The translations under genes and the position numbers were made by a program. The notes under the pieces were generated by a model. It did no database searches. It saw only the letters and a program-made list of their open reading frames with translations, and was not told where the DNA came from. Of a DNA stretch of 64,000 bases, positions 51,585 through 62,078 are shown one piece after another. The first letter of the stretch is position 1. Each line of letters opens with the position of its first letter. This DNA comes from a virus. The DNA is taken from positions 34,688 through 98,687 of IMG/VR virus record IMGVR_UViG_3300035169_000077. The stretch is one strand, 5' to 3'.

Positions 51585-51800
51585 GTATGAGTAAACGTGA
51601 GTTGATGTCAACTTCGACGCGGCATCGAATGAGAGGAGCTTCCACGACTCACTCCGACAACGTGAGACAAGGTTGTTACGTCGCGCCTCCCGCGTACCGC
51701 GATGAGTTGATCTGAGGCCACTCGACATGTGGTGACCTGGCATGATGTTCCGTGAGGCAACTCATTGACAGCTCACACGGAATCAGTCACCCTCATGTGG
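51585..51800. promoter_or_regulatory. Divergent immunity promoter region
   Basis: AT-richer gap with repeated TGAGTTGA/CAACTCA-like sites. Confidence 0.6.
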
Positions 51801-51829
51801 CGAGGGGACTGCGACTAGGACGGAGCCGT

Positions 51830-52342
51830 ATGCCGCCTGAAGACCTGCGCGCCTGGGAGCGCGCAGGCCCGATGCTCGCCGCGCGCCGGGCCCAGCTCAG
51901 CCCCCGCTACGCCAACCGCCGCGAGTTCGCCAGGGACACCGGCCTGAACTGGCGCACCCTGCATGACGCCGAGCGCGCCAAGCGAGCCAACTTCAAGGAC
52001 GAGACGCTCCGCGCGTTCGAGTCCGCCTACGCGCTCGTCCCCGGCTCGCTCGATCGCACCCTCGCCGGCGGCGACCTCGAGGCCGCCCTGCCGGAACCGC
52101 CCCGCCCCCCGGCGACCCGTGCCCTTGCCGCGGTGCCCGATGACGCCGATGAGGACGCGGTGATCGAGATGCTGATCGCCGGGGAGCGTGACGATGAGAA
52201 GCGCGAGGTGATGGAGCAGGCGTGGCGCTTCACGGCGATCCCTCGCGCCGGCCGGCTGAAGATGCTGCGGTCGTACCTGGAGGAGGACGCCGGGGAGGAG
52301 CAGGGGGAGCGGGGGGAGCGGCGGCGGGAGCCGGGCGCTTAA
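51830..52342 (+). CDS. Immunity repressor-like HTH protein
   Basis: REFARDTGLNWRTLHDAE...GSLDRTLAGG; divergent from cro. Confidence 0.7.
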   Translation: MPPEDLRAWERAGPMLAARRAQLSPRYANRREFARDTGLNWRTLHDAERAKRANFKDETLRAFESAYALVPGSLDRTLAGGDLEAALPEPPRPPATRALAAVPDDADEDAVIEMLIAGERDDEKREVMEQAWRFTAIPRAGRLKMLRSYLEEDAGEEQGERGERRREPGA

Positions 52343-52639
52343 CGGGTCCTTTACGGTTCCTTAGGGAGTGCATTTGCAATCGGCTCATGCAATCGCACGT
52401 GCAATCTAACGACTGCATTGCAACATGGCGCAATCCCATGAAACAGGTAAACTCGGGATAACCCCGCGCACGTCACACATCACAGGCGACCCCCGGGCAA
52501 TTCACCGCCCCGGGAAAGCGCCCAAGGCACACAGGGCACCGCGCAGCCCCAGGAGCCACCGAGCACCACCTGGCACCAGAACGCGCAATTCCCCGGGCGG
52601 GAGGGGCCCGCGGGGATCCGCAAGGGGAGGACAACCGCA

Positions 52640-52943
52640 TATGGACGCTGCAGCCCTGGACGCCGTGCCCGAGCTGTGCAGGCAGACCCGCGCCGCTATC
52701 GACCGGCTCGCCGCCCTGATCGCCGCGACGGCCCCGGCCGCCGAGATCGTGTTCGCCGCCGCCGAGCTCGCCGACTTCCGCGCCTCATGGGAGCGTTCCT
52801 GCGAGGTCGTCAACGGCAGCGCAGGGCTCTTCGCGAGCATGAGGCGGCAGAGCCTCCGCGAGGGAGCCGCGCGGCGGGACGCCGAGCTCGCCGCCGCACG
52901 GGAAACGGGAGGCGCCCCGCCAGTGCGGCTCGTCGCCGGCTAG
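52640..52943 (+). CDS. Hypothetical protein
   Basis: GGGGAGGA RBS; C-terminal VRLV. Confidence 0.6.
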
Positions 52944-53806
52944 CGCCCGCGCGCCACCGCCGCTATCACCCTGGCCGCCAGCGGCGCGGCCAGGGCGGCC
53001 TCGGCATCGCGGTCCAGCGCCGGCCAGCACCGCACGTCCCCCGGCCCCCACACCAGTTCCATCCCAGCCCCCGCGATCCACCCGGCGACCACCTCAGCGG
53101 AGTGCCCCGCCGGCATCGCCCCGGCCGCCTCCGCCACGGCGCGGCCCATCTCCCCGCCGGACGGGCTGCCGCCCTCCACGGGCGTGGTGATCACCAGCGT
53201 CGACCCGGCGGGAAGCACCTCCGCGTACCCGGCGACCGCCTCCGCCGCCATCGGCCCGGGCCACCAGTGGGCGCATAGTTGCAACTGGACCGACCACGGG
53301 GCCTCAAGGCCCGCTGCCCGCGCCATGCCGGCGACCTGCCGGGGATCCGCCGCGGGGGCCTGGCACCCCAGGTCCGGCGGCCTCATTCCTGAGGGGGCCA
53401 GCACCCGGTGCCACAGCAGCGCGAGCGCCTCGTCCCCCGTGCAGTACAGGGCGCGGGACCCCGGCACGGCCCTCGCGGCGGCCCGGTGCGGCAGCGACGC
53501 CCCCGGCCACCCCGACGGCGGGTACCCGGCGGCGGCGATGATGAGCGACCGGGCGCCGCCCATGGCGACCGCCCACCCGGCGATCAGCGAGTGGAACTCC
53601 GCCGCCGCCCGGAACTGCGCCCGGGTCCCCGGCCACCGCCGCTCCACCCCGGCGGCGACCAGCCGCTCCGCCTCGTGCGCGCGCGGCCCTCCCCGCAGGG
53701 CCTCCAGCAGCCGCGCCCCCGTCGCGTCGGGCAGCGGCGGCACCGTCCCCCCCTGAACCACCGTGACCTCCTTGTCCCCCGGTCCCCACCGCAATTTTCG
53801 CCGCAA
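52940..53806 (-). CDS. Actinobacterial SAM-dependent methyltransferase-like protein (DUF574-type), degenerate
   Basis: ARLLEAL.GG, H..A....PGSR.LY, HW, LPAGSTLVIT, GMELV.GPG.V..W; start uncertain. Confidence 0.6.
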   Translation of the reverse strand: MRRKLRWGPGDKEVTVVQGGTVPPLPDATGARLLEALRGGPRAHEAERLVAAGVERRWPGTRAQFRAAAEFHSLIAGWAVAMGGARSLIIAAAGYPPSGWPGASLPHRAAARAVPGSRALYCTGDEALALLWHRVLAPSGMRPPDLGCQAPAADPRQVAGMARAAGLEAPWSVQLQLCAHWWPGPMAAEAVAGYAEVLPAGSTLVITTPVEGGSPSGGEMGRAVAEAAGAMPAGHSAEVVAGWIAGAGMELVWGPGDVRCWPALDRDAEAALAAPLAARVIAAVARGR

Positions 53807-53834
53807 TTACCGCGAGCGCAATATCGGTAAAAGT

Positions 53835-53886
53835 GCGTACCAGGGCGCACCATGGCACTGGTGCGCGCTGGTTTGCGCTGGTGCGC
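53835..53886. promoter_or_regulatory. Phased GCGCACCA/TGGTGCGC repeats in a divergent promoter
   Basis: Five exact or degenerate copies, same-orientation copies 10 bp apart. Confidence 0.6.
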
Positions 53887-53936
53887 GATGATGCCCGCTC
53901 ATCAGCGCCTAAGCGCGCGGCAATACCGTCCGCCCC

Positions 53937-54203
53937 ATGCGCGCTGCCCTTGACTTCCCCGGTCCCGACCCTCGCGGCGAGATCCCGCCCTACCTGCAGG
54001 TCGCCGGGGTGATCGAGCGGGCCATCAGGGACGGCTCCCTCGCCCCGGGCCAGGTCCTCCCCTCGTGGGGTGACCTGTCCCGCATGAGCGGCTACGGGCG
54101 GACCACCATCCGCAAGGCCATGGTCGTCCTGCGGGGCAAGGGGCTGGTGTACAGCATCGCCACCCGCAGTACCTACGTGTCCCGGGACATCCCCGGCCAG
54201 TGA
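53937..54203 (+). CDS. GntR-family wHTH regulator
   Basis: PPYLQVA..I..AI.DG.L.PG..LPS...GRTTIRKAM..LRGKGLV. Confidence 0.88.
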   Translation: MRAALDFPGPDPRGEIPPYLQVAGVIERAIRDGSLAPGQVLPSWGDLSRMSGYGRTTIRKAMVVLRGKGLVYSIATRSTYVSRDIPGQ

Positions 54204-54404
54204 CCGGGGGGCCTCACTTGCCCCCCTTGCAGGCGCTGCTTTCCTCGCAGGTGGCGCTTCCGCAGTCCGTTTTCGTCGCGTCGCCGTTGCTCTTGATCAC
54301 TACGTCGCACATCAGTCGTCACCCTTGTAATCGACCGAACCGGGGCAATTGGGGTTGTGGCAGTCGACGTAGGGATCTTTCGTGTCATCGCATCGCATGG
54401 CTTC

Positions 54405-54668
54405 TCACCCCCCGTCGCCGTCGCGCCCCGCCGGGGAGGGCCCGGGGAGGGTGCCCTCCCCGGCGGGAGTCATTTGCCACAGGCTGCCCTTCAGCCCGTG
54501 GCCGCGCGGCGCGGACGTCACGCGGCCCCGCACTTGGAGCAGGCAGAGGCAGTTGAGGACGGTGTCGCGGTGGATGCCGGTGATCCCCGCGATCTCCGGG
54601 GCGGGCAGCGGCCGCCCGGCTGAGGCGAGCGCGGCCGTCACCGCGGCGATCGTGGCTTCCCTGGGCAT
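54405..54668 (-). CDS. Small winged-HTH protein
   Basis: PLPAPEIAGITGIHRDTV...L...GRV. Confidence 0.65.
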   Translation of the reverse strand: MPREATIAAVTAALASAGRPLPAPEIAGITGIHRDTVLNCLCLLQVRGRVTSAPRGHGLKGSLWQMTPAGEGTLPGPSPAGRDGDGG

Positions 54669-55765
54669 CGCCGGTCACCCTTCCTGCCCCGCCGGGGAGG
54701 CGTGCGGGGGCGCCTCCCCGGCGGGAGCCTCTTTCGCGGCAGCCGGGCGTGATCGCCTTTTCCGCCTCGGGGGCGCGAGCGCCTGGCCGACCCGCTCGCC
54801 GATCTCCCGGGGGGTGCCGGTGACCACGTCGCCGCCCGGGAGCGTCACCCGCACGCCGAGCCTGCCGCCGACCCTGTTGTCCAGCCAGGCGGTAGTCGCG
54901 GACCCCGGCGGCAGGCGGTGGGCCTCCGTGACGTCGTCAGCGGCGTCGAGGGCCTCCCGCCACGCGCTCACCGGCAGCCTCGCTGCTCGGACCAGCGGAC
55001 CCCGCATCCGCCCCTGGCCCGGGTACCGAGCCACTCCCTGCCGGTGCGCTCGTATTCCCGCGGGCGGTGGAGCGACGGGCGCACCGCCTCAACGCGGGCC
55101 AGCACCGCCCTGTCACTGGCGATGAGCTCCGTGGCCGCAGCCTCCCGGGCGCGGCCCTGGTCCCCGCACACCCCGGTCCACAGCGGCAGCGCGCCGCCGT
55201 CCGCCGGGAGCACCTCCCACGCGTACATGATCATGACCGTGCCCCCTGGCCGGAGGGCACGGTCCTGCGGGGGACCCGGGCCGCGTCGAGCTGGGCGCGG
55301 AGGCGGGGGCCGTCGTCGGCGTCCCAGTGCCCGCACGGGTCACTGAGGAGATGCGCGCACAGGTAGCCGAACCGGGCCGATACCTCCACCGCGTAGTCCC
55401 GCTCGGCGTCACGGGCCTGGCTGAGCAGCTCCGGGGGCGGGGCCATCACATCCCCCCGGGGCTACGCGAGGCGTGGTCGGCCTCGATCAGGTCCATCAGC
55501 TCACCGGGAGTGGCGGCCTTGAGCGGCTTGCCTGTCCCGTCACCGCGCGTGGCGTGGTAGGCAGTCCCGGCCCTGATCTCGTAATCGTCTCCCCAGTGGC
55601 GCACGACCTCGCCTAGCGTGGTCTCGCGCGCCGCTGCCTGCTCTTCTGCCACCGTCACTCCCTGTCAAGGGCTGATCTCCTGGTGGCAGAGACGCTACGC
55701 GCGGTTATTCCGGGCTCACAACGGCCATTCACCCCAGGCCGCCGGCGAAGGTGCAAAAGGCCAGG

Positions 55766-56944
55766 TCACATGGGCAGGTGCGTGGCCTCCGCCAGGTCGC
55801 GGAGGTCTTGCGGCAGCGGTCCCCGGCGCCTGCGGATGAGGTCCTCCATGATGTCCCGCGCGTACTGCTGGTTCCCCAGCCATTCCGGGGCCTCGGCGCG
55901 CAGGCCCGTCATGACCTCCACGACGTCGCCGTACTCGCGGCGCATCGAATGGGCGCTCGCGACGTCCAGCCGGTGCCGGAGCGCTTGCGCCGGCTCGATC
56001 TCCGCCAGCGAGCCGCGCACCCGCTCGGCGATCGCCAGCGTCCTCTCAGGCTGCCAGGTCAGCGCCGCGCTCTCCGCCGCGATCACCCGCACCGTGGCCG
56101 GCCCGAACCGGGCGGTGGTCGCCACGCTGAACGGCACGTCCCGGCCGATCCTCGCCGCCGCCGCCCGGGCCAGCGACAGGGCGTCTTGCGCCTCCCCGGG
56201 CTGGTTGTCGGTCGTCATCGCGTTCGCCACGTACAGCAGCATCTTCCCGTAGCCGGCCATCTCCCCGGTCGTCGCCCGGGAGAACCTCGGCTCGGCCCGG
56301 TCAGCCCACTCCACCGCCAGCTCCCCGGCCTCCGGGCTGCGGCCCTGCCGAAGCAGGCACCAGCACATCATCGACACCGCCGCGAGGGTGTCGGGGAGAT
56401 CGGGGGCCGCGTCGAGGGCGAGCCGCGCCGCCGTCCACGCGTCGTCGAACTGGCGGGTCATGTTCAGCAGCCACGCTGTTGCCGACAGCATCCGTGACCT
56501 GGCCGCCCGCTCGTCCTCTTCCCCGTTCAGCGACAGCGCGTCGCGGACGAGGCCGGGGAGGACCAGGCGGACGCGGGAGTACTCGCCGGCTCGCCACGCG
56601 GGCGTGAGGTCCGCCAGCCCGGCCAGCACCCCGGCCGGGGTCGCGGGCTCGTCCTCCTCGACTGCCGGGCCGCGCCGGTACAGGGCTGCCCGGACGTCCT
56701 CCCACGGCTCGCCCGGCACCGGCTGGTGCTCTCTCTCGCCGGGAACCATCAGGTCGCTGGTCCGCGCGTGCAGCGCCCTGGCGACCTTGTGGAGGGTCTC
56801 GTTGCGATGGCCGCCGTGGTCCTGCTCGATGTCCTTGACGGTCCGCAGCGACAGGCCAGAGGCCCGCCGCAGGTCGTCCTGCGTCATCCCGCGAAGCTTG
56901 CGCAGCCTTCGGACTCTTTCGCCGGTTGTGTTGCTAGACTCCAT
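55766..56944 (-). CDS. XRE-family regulator with long helical C-terminal domain
   Basis: GERVRRLRKLRGMTQDDL..ASGLSLRTVKDIEQ; FGP..V; APEWL..Q. Confidence 0.88.
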   Translation of the reverse strand: MESSNTTGERVRRLRKLRGMTQDDLRRASGLSLRTVKDIEQDHGGHRNETLHKVARALHARTSDLMVPGEREHQPVPGEPWEDVRAALYRRGPAVEEDEPATPAGVLAGLADLTPAWRAGEYSRVRLVLPGLVRDALSLNGEEDERAARSRMLSATAWLLNMTRQFDDAWTAARLALDAAPDLPDTLAAVSMMCWCLLRQGRSPEAGELAVEWADRAEPRFSRATTGEMAGYGKMLLYVANAMTTDNQPGEAQDALSLARAAAARIGRDVPFSVATTARFGPATVRVIAAESAALTWQPERTLAIAERVRGSLAEIEPAQALRHRLDVASAHSMRREYGDVVEVMTGLRAEAPEWLGNQQYARDIMEDLIRRRRGPLPQDLRDLAEATHLPM

Positions 56945-57040
56945 GACGAGACCCCTCGCGTGACCCTTACCGAACCTTCGACAAGTTCAGGGTAGCGCGC
57001 GGGGTCTAATTTCGTTCCTCGGCAGGTCAGAAGCTCGTGC

Positions 57041-57056
57041 GATTGCACGTGCAATC
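57041..57056. promoter_or_regulatory. Perfect 16-bp palindrome
   Basis: GATTGCACGTGCAATC; near copy at 52391-52406. Confidence 0.65.
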
Positions 57057-57242
57057 ACGATCCGTGAATGGCCGCCCTTTTTGGCCTCATTCCGGTAACC
57101 GCCGGGGCATCGTCATTCCCGGGTTGCCCCGCGTTGCTCCCCGCAACGGTCTGGTAACCGTTGTCAACCGGGGCGATCCCGGGCGCGTCGAACCATTCAT
57201 GAGCGCTTCCCGCCCCTTCCCCCGGGACGCGCCAGCGAGGGG

Positions 57243-57941
57243 ATGACCATGACGCAGTGGCAGCCGCGGTATGACCCGGACGAGCACGCCCGGAGGCTTG
57301 ACCAGGGCACCGCGCCCCAGGGCCACGGGCAGCCACGCCAGCAGCCGCCGCCCCAGTGGCCACCGCAACCGCAGCCTCCGTACCAGCCGCAGTACCAGCA
57401 GCCTCAGCCCGGCTGGCAGCAGCCACCCCCGCAGTTCCCGCCGCCCGGCCCGGGGCACCGCCAGCCGCCCCGCAAGCGCAAGGGCGGCCTCGCCGCCTTC
57501 CTCATCGGCGGCACCGCCGCGGTCATCGTCGTCATCGTTATCGCCGCGGCGGCTAACAGCGGCAAGACGCCGGCACCGTCCGCCTCATCGCCTGCCGCCC
57601 CGCCCGCCAGCGCCTCCGCGCCCTCAAGCCCCGCCGCCGCAGCGGCAGCAGCGCAGACCGTCACCTACTCCGTGACCGGCTCCCCCGCTGATGTCACCTA
57701 CGGCCCGGCGGGCAGCGACCTCAGCGGCCACGTGCCGCTGCACAAGACGGTGAAGCTCGGCAACCCCTCGTACTACGCGATCTCGGCCCAGCTCCAGGGA
57801 GGGGGCACCGTGAAATGCGAGATCTCCGTCAATGGCAAGGTGGTCAGCAAGGCCACCGCGACGGGCGGCTATAACCTCGCACAATGCGAGATCGTGCAAG
57901 ATCCGTTCAGCGGCGGCTGGCAGGACGCGAACAGCGCCTAG
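57243..57941 (+). CDS. Membrane protein, Pro/Gln-rich N-terminus, MmpS-like C-terminal domain
   Basis: Single TM; TVTYSVTG...VTY...CEISVNGKVV...C. Confidence 0.75.
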   Translation: MTMTQWQPRYDPDEHARRLDQGTAPQGHGQPRQQPPPQWPPQPQPPYQPQYQQPQPGWQQPPPQFPPPGPGHRQPPRKRKGGLAAFLIGGTAAVIVVIVIAAAANSGKTPAPSASSPAAPPASASAPSSPAAAAAAAQTVTYSVTGSPADVTYGPAGSDLSGHVPLHKTVKLGNPSYYAISAQLQGGGTVKCEISVNGKVVSKATATGGYNLAQCEIVQDPFSGGWQDANSA

Positions 57942-58248
57942 GGCTGATATCCGCATGGTGAAGCCAGCTTGAATAAGCCGGGCGCTTAGTGAAGCTATCC
58001 GGGCGATCAGTTGAATAACAGCACTCAGCCCCGCCCGGCGACCGTCCGGAAGCCTGCGGGGCTGTTCGGAACCCAGAGGGTTCTAGCGCCGCCGGCCTCA
58101 TCCCTAGCCAGCGTGGCCGCCCTTCCCGAGTTCGCGCGGCTTCTATGCCGGAGGGGCCGTTGCACCGGTCCTTAGGTGACCCTCCGTGGACAAGCCGCGC
58201 CGACGCCGCGCGGGCCGGAAGTCCAGACGCCTTGAAGCCTAGCGCCCG
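57941..58248. ncRNA. Candidate structured RNA
   Basis: ~300-nt gap between convergent genes with nested stems. Confidence 0.35.
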
Positions 58249-60082
58249 TCAAAGCCGGTCGTCATGGCATCCTTGCGGGCACCGCGTGTCGTACGCCTGG
58301 TGGTCGCACACGTACCGCGGCATCGGGCCTGCTATCTCCTTGGCGATGCCTGAGGCGAGCGCCGCGAACACGAGCTCTTCCAGCGCCCGCCGGTCATGGT
58401 CGCCGCACGTCGCCACGTAGATGGTCCGCGCGCCGAACACGTAGGGGCGCGGATGGTAGGTGACAAGCCGGTACTCGCCGTCCTCGAAGCCGCGCGCGGC
58501 GATGTCCGAGTTGTCGATCGCCTGGTAAGCGGCGGCGTAGTCCACGGCGCTGCCGGCCAGCGGGCCGTCAAGCATCAGCATCCTGGCCATGCCCCATCCT
58601 CCCGCTACCCGCCGTCCGCTATGGCGTTCAGGGACCGGCCGATCCCGGCCCACTCCCGGGCCTTCCGGGCATCCTGGACCGAAAGCTTGGTGACCTCATG
58701 GCCGCGCTGCAGCCCCTCGCAGACCTTAGCCAGGTCGGCATCGCAGGCCCAGGTGACAACCGCGTCGCCCCAGCGCTCGATCACCCAGTGAGGATCAGCG
58801 GCGTCGCAGGCCTCGCAGCAGTAGGCACGGCTCACCGCCTCCGCCTCCGTGCCCTCTGCCGGCGCGCGTACTCCCGGTGAACCGCCGACATCTCCGCGCG
58901 GTGCCTCTGCTCGGCCTCGGCGAGCACGGCCAGCAGGGGCTTGAGGGACCTCCACGCCTCGCAAACGACCCTTGCGAACTCCTCAAAGCCAGGCCGCAGC
59001 ACCTCGGCCATCCGCCCGTAGAGCTGCGCGGGACTGGCGATCTCATAGCCGTGCGCCTTGTCGTCAACGGGCCACCAGTCCGCCGCGCCGTCCGGGAACA
59101 TGACGCTGTAGCAGCGCCGCCCGGTCTCCGGGTCATCCATCGTGCCGACCAGCCGCGCCCACTTGCCGCTGCGGTAGGCGTGCGGGTGGGTCGAGCGGAT
59201 CAGCGTGATGCTCTCGGTTGCCGTCTCCGTCATGCCCCCCATCCTCCCGCTACAGCCACCCGGCGGGGAGCTGCCTACCGCACCCGGGGCACAGCCACGC
59301 GACCCGCTCCCCGGTCACGAGCAGGTTAACGGGAACCGCGCCAGGGTGAGCGCACGGGCCGAGGACCGCGCCCAGGCGGGCGAAGCCAAGCTCCGCGTCC
59401 GCGACCGTCGTCATGCCCTCATCCTCTCCCGCTGGTGGCACCCCACCAGCAACGCCATTCATGACCCCACGGGCAGCGGTAGTCGCATACGGTGCGACCA
59501 TCGTCTAGTTTGCTGCTGCGAAGCGGAGCGCGAATCTCGTACCTGCCGCAACGGCATAGCGGCATCGCGTCGCACGCGCAGGCGCATTGAGGGCACATGT
59601 CGCCAAGGCGCGGAGTCCCGGCATCGACTAGGACATTGGCGAGTTCGCCGTGATGTCTGCCACCGCACCGGCACGTGCAGTCTTGCTCGCCGCCCGGTTC
59701 GGTAGCCAGCAGGCATTGGGGTGAGCACTCATCCCGCGCGAGGTCCCCGGCCTCGATCTTGCCGCTGAAGTCCTGCGCGTCCAGCCATGTGCCGCTGCGG
59801 ACGCCTGCTAGCAAATCGTCCATGCCGCCTATCCTCTCCCCAGCAGCCGGGCCAGCGCTTCAACATCGGCCGCGACCATCCGCGCCCCGTCCCCGGAAAG
59901 CTCCCCGCCGAGCCTCGCCTTCAGGTCCCCCGGCCCGATGACCTCCACCGTCACCATCCCTAGCCTCGCCAGCGCTTCCCGCACTCCCTCATCTGAGGGA
60001 AGGACGAGGGAGGCGGGCACGACGGGGACTCCGGTGTGGACTTGGGGGTTCGGGGGCGCAGAGCGCGCGGTCTCTACCCTAT

Positions 60083-60445
60083 CTAGCGCGGGCCCCAGTA
60101 GGTTTGCTGACTGCGGGAGCCGAGGAGCGTCTGCACGCGGATGACCTCGTCGTAGGTGCCGGTGGCCATCCAGCCGAGTCGCCCGGCCTGCATCGCGGTC
60201 ATCGGGATGACACCGGGCGCGGCGGCCTGCCGGAGCAGGTCATTGGCGGCGCCCTCAGTCGGCGCGGCGAACTCGATCTCGTACTGCATGCTGGCCTCCT
60301 CGCGGTCGAGCTTCTCCCGTACCGCGTCGCTGATGAACTTGTTCGCGGCCTCGTCCGGCCGCAACGCCAGCCGCGCGACTAGCCGGTCCCGCACCATCTC
60401 CGGAAGCCGGACGCGGTACGGGGCGTGCTTGTGCTGGCCGGACAT
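60083..60445 (-). CDS. Ribbon-helix-helix protein
   Basis: YRVRLPEMVRDRL...NKFISDAVREKL. Confidence 0.65.
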   Translation of the reverse strand: MSGQHKHAPYRVRLPEMVRDRLVARLALRPDEAANKFISDAVREKLDREEASMQYEIEFAAPTEGAANDLLRQAAAPGVIPMTAMQAGRLGWMATGTYDEVIRVQTLLGSRSQQTYWGPR

Positions 60446-60708
60446 CAGGCGGCGTGCAGCTTGGCGAAGCCGGCGACCTCGATGGCCATCTCGTCCGGCG
60501 TCTGCCAGGAGTCGGTCATCTGCTCCGTCCCGTCGGCGTCGTACCGGGTCGCGGTCCACCACTCGGCACCGTCCGCGTCGCGGTCGTCGTAGCCCATGGT
60601 CATGTGGTAGCCGTCGGGGGTCGTGACGCGCACGAGGCCGTCGGGGGTCTCGCTGATCAGGTCGTTGCCGACGCCCGCATCGAGAAGGGCCTTGGTGATC
60701 TCGCTCAT
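60445..60708 (-). CDS. Hypothetical protein
   Basis: AGGAG RBS; coupled to the RHH gene. Confidence 0.65.
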   Translation of the reverse strand: MSEITKALLDAGVGNDLISETPDGLVRVTTPDGYHMTMGYDDRDADGAEWWTATRYDADGTEQMTDSWQTPDEMAIEVAGFAKLHAA

Positions 60709-60745
60709 GTCCCGCTCCTGCCGCTTGCCCCGGAGTTGCTCCCCG

Positions 60746-60782
60746 GGCGGTAGGACCACCATATCAAGGCGGTAGGACCACC
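60746..60782. repeat. 15-bp direct repeat, probable operator
   Basis: GGCGGTAGGACCACC at 60746 and 60768. Confidence 0.7.
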
Positions 60783-61036
60783 CGTCAAGCGGTTGCGGGA
60801 AGTTCCTACAGCGGCCCTTCCCGGGCCGCAAGCAGGACACGCAACTCCGCCCCAGGCACTGACTTCAGCCCGCCCAGGCCCCACCTGGTCCCCGCCTCCA
60901 GTGACGAGGCAGGAACCAGCAGCGTCACCTCGAACCTGGCAGCCTCATCCCGCTCCGGCAGCCCCAGGTCAAGCTCGGTCATCTCGTCCATGACCGGATG
61001 GTAAAGCGGGGCACTGACATTCCAGGGCGACCGGCG

Positions 61037-61303
61037 CTACTCGCCTTGCGGCGGCAAGACTCCCTCGGCGATCAGCATCTTCTCGAAGTCCTCCTGCGAG
61101 ACCGCTCCAGGCCGGCCGGCCGCGTTCCAGGCGCGGGACTCCGCGATCATCTCCGCTATGAACTCGGGAGTCTCATCCGGGTCCAGCTCGCCCGGCCCGA
61201 TCTCCCACGTGAGCACCTCGGCGAGCGCCTCCGCCTTGAGCTTCCCGAACTCCTCCGCGCTCACGTACCCGTGGGTAACCGCCCACGGGCCGTCCGCGCT
61301 CAC
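61037..61303 (-). CDS. Acidic hypothetical protein, third gene of the TA operon
   Basis: GTGA overlap with the PIN gene. Confidence 0.6.
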   Translation of the reverse strand: MSADGPWAVTHGYVSAEEFGKLKAEALAEVLTWEIGPGELDPDETPEFIAEMIAESRAWNAAGRPGAVSQEDFEKMLIAEGVLPPQGE

Positions 61304-61746
61304 GACTCGCCTTCCCCGGGGTTCGCGATCTCGATGAAGTGCAGCGGCTCGTCAAGGTCGTGCGCGTGCTCGCGCCACTTGCCGGCGTTCAGGGTCAGGA
61401 TCGGGCAGACGGAGGCATCTGCCAGGGCGGCCGCGTGGGCATCCCAGGGATCCAGCCCGGTCCTTGCGATGACGTCCGCCAGCCTTACCGCCTGCTCGGA
61501 GCCCGCCAGCGGGGCCGGCAGCGCGGACTGCATGCGCTCCAGGCCGTGGAGGATCGCGCCCGCGTCCTCGGATCGCGCGTCAAGCGATGCCCCCGTGAGG
61601 GCCAGCGCCGGGATGACCAGCGCCCGGCCCCCGGCGTCCATGCGCTGGAGGAAGGTCATGATGTCGTAGTCGCCGCGGGCGGCCTCGGCGAGGACGCTCA
61701 CGTCAAGGACCAGCGGGACGGGCTGCGCGCCCCCGTCCTCGCTCAC
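61300..61746 (-). CDS. PIN-domain (VapC-like) protein
   Basis: LVLDVSVL...WDAHAAALA...ILTLN. Confidence 0.75.
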   Translation of the reverse strand: MSEDGGAQPVPLVLDVSVLAEAARGDYDIMTFLQRMDAGGRALVIPALALTGASLDARSEDAGAILHGLERMQSALPAPLAGSEQAVRLADVIARTGLDPWDAHAAALADASVCPILTLNAGKWREHAHDLDEPLHFIEIANPGEGES

Positions 61747-62006
61747 CGGTCGCGGTGCGAGGCGGGGAGGGCCTCTATCTGGGCGTTGACGTGGGCCAGC
61801 ATCCGGGCGACTTTCGCCGGGTCGGCCCGCTCGGCCGCCTCCCGCAGCAGCCGCCGGGACTCGGCGTCGCGGAGCCGCTCGGCCTGAAGCGCCTCGTTGA
61901 CGACTGCGGACACGGATGCGGCCTTGCCGGAGTCCACGAGCCTCTCGGCGTAGGCGAACAGGTCGGGGTCGATCGTCACGCTCACGCGCGCCTTACGTTC
62001 GCTCAT
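61743..62006 (-). CDS. RHH antitoxin
   Basis: ARVSVTIDPDL...SVSAVVNEAL; coupled to PIN gene; TACGAT-N6-ATG. Confidence 0.8.
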   Translation of the reverse strand: MSERKARVSVTIDPDLFAYAERLVDSGKAASVSAVVNEALQAERLRDAESRRLLREAAERADPAKVARMLAHVNAQIEALPASHRDR

Positions 62007-62078
62007 ACTTTTATCGTACACACGTGTGCGCGGATCGGGCCCGGAACTCGCGGGCCTCCCCGCAGGGGCACGGGGCGC

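Noticed and set aside
57955-58020. Mini CRISPR array or solitary repeat
   Set aside because: Repeated words are only 7-8 nt with no repeat-spacer periodicity; no cas operon in the window
58588-59840. Repeated GAGGAT motif before four start codons as a special start-associated element
   Set aside because: Equally consistent with ordinary Shine-Dalgarno or -10 sequences
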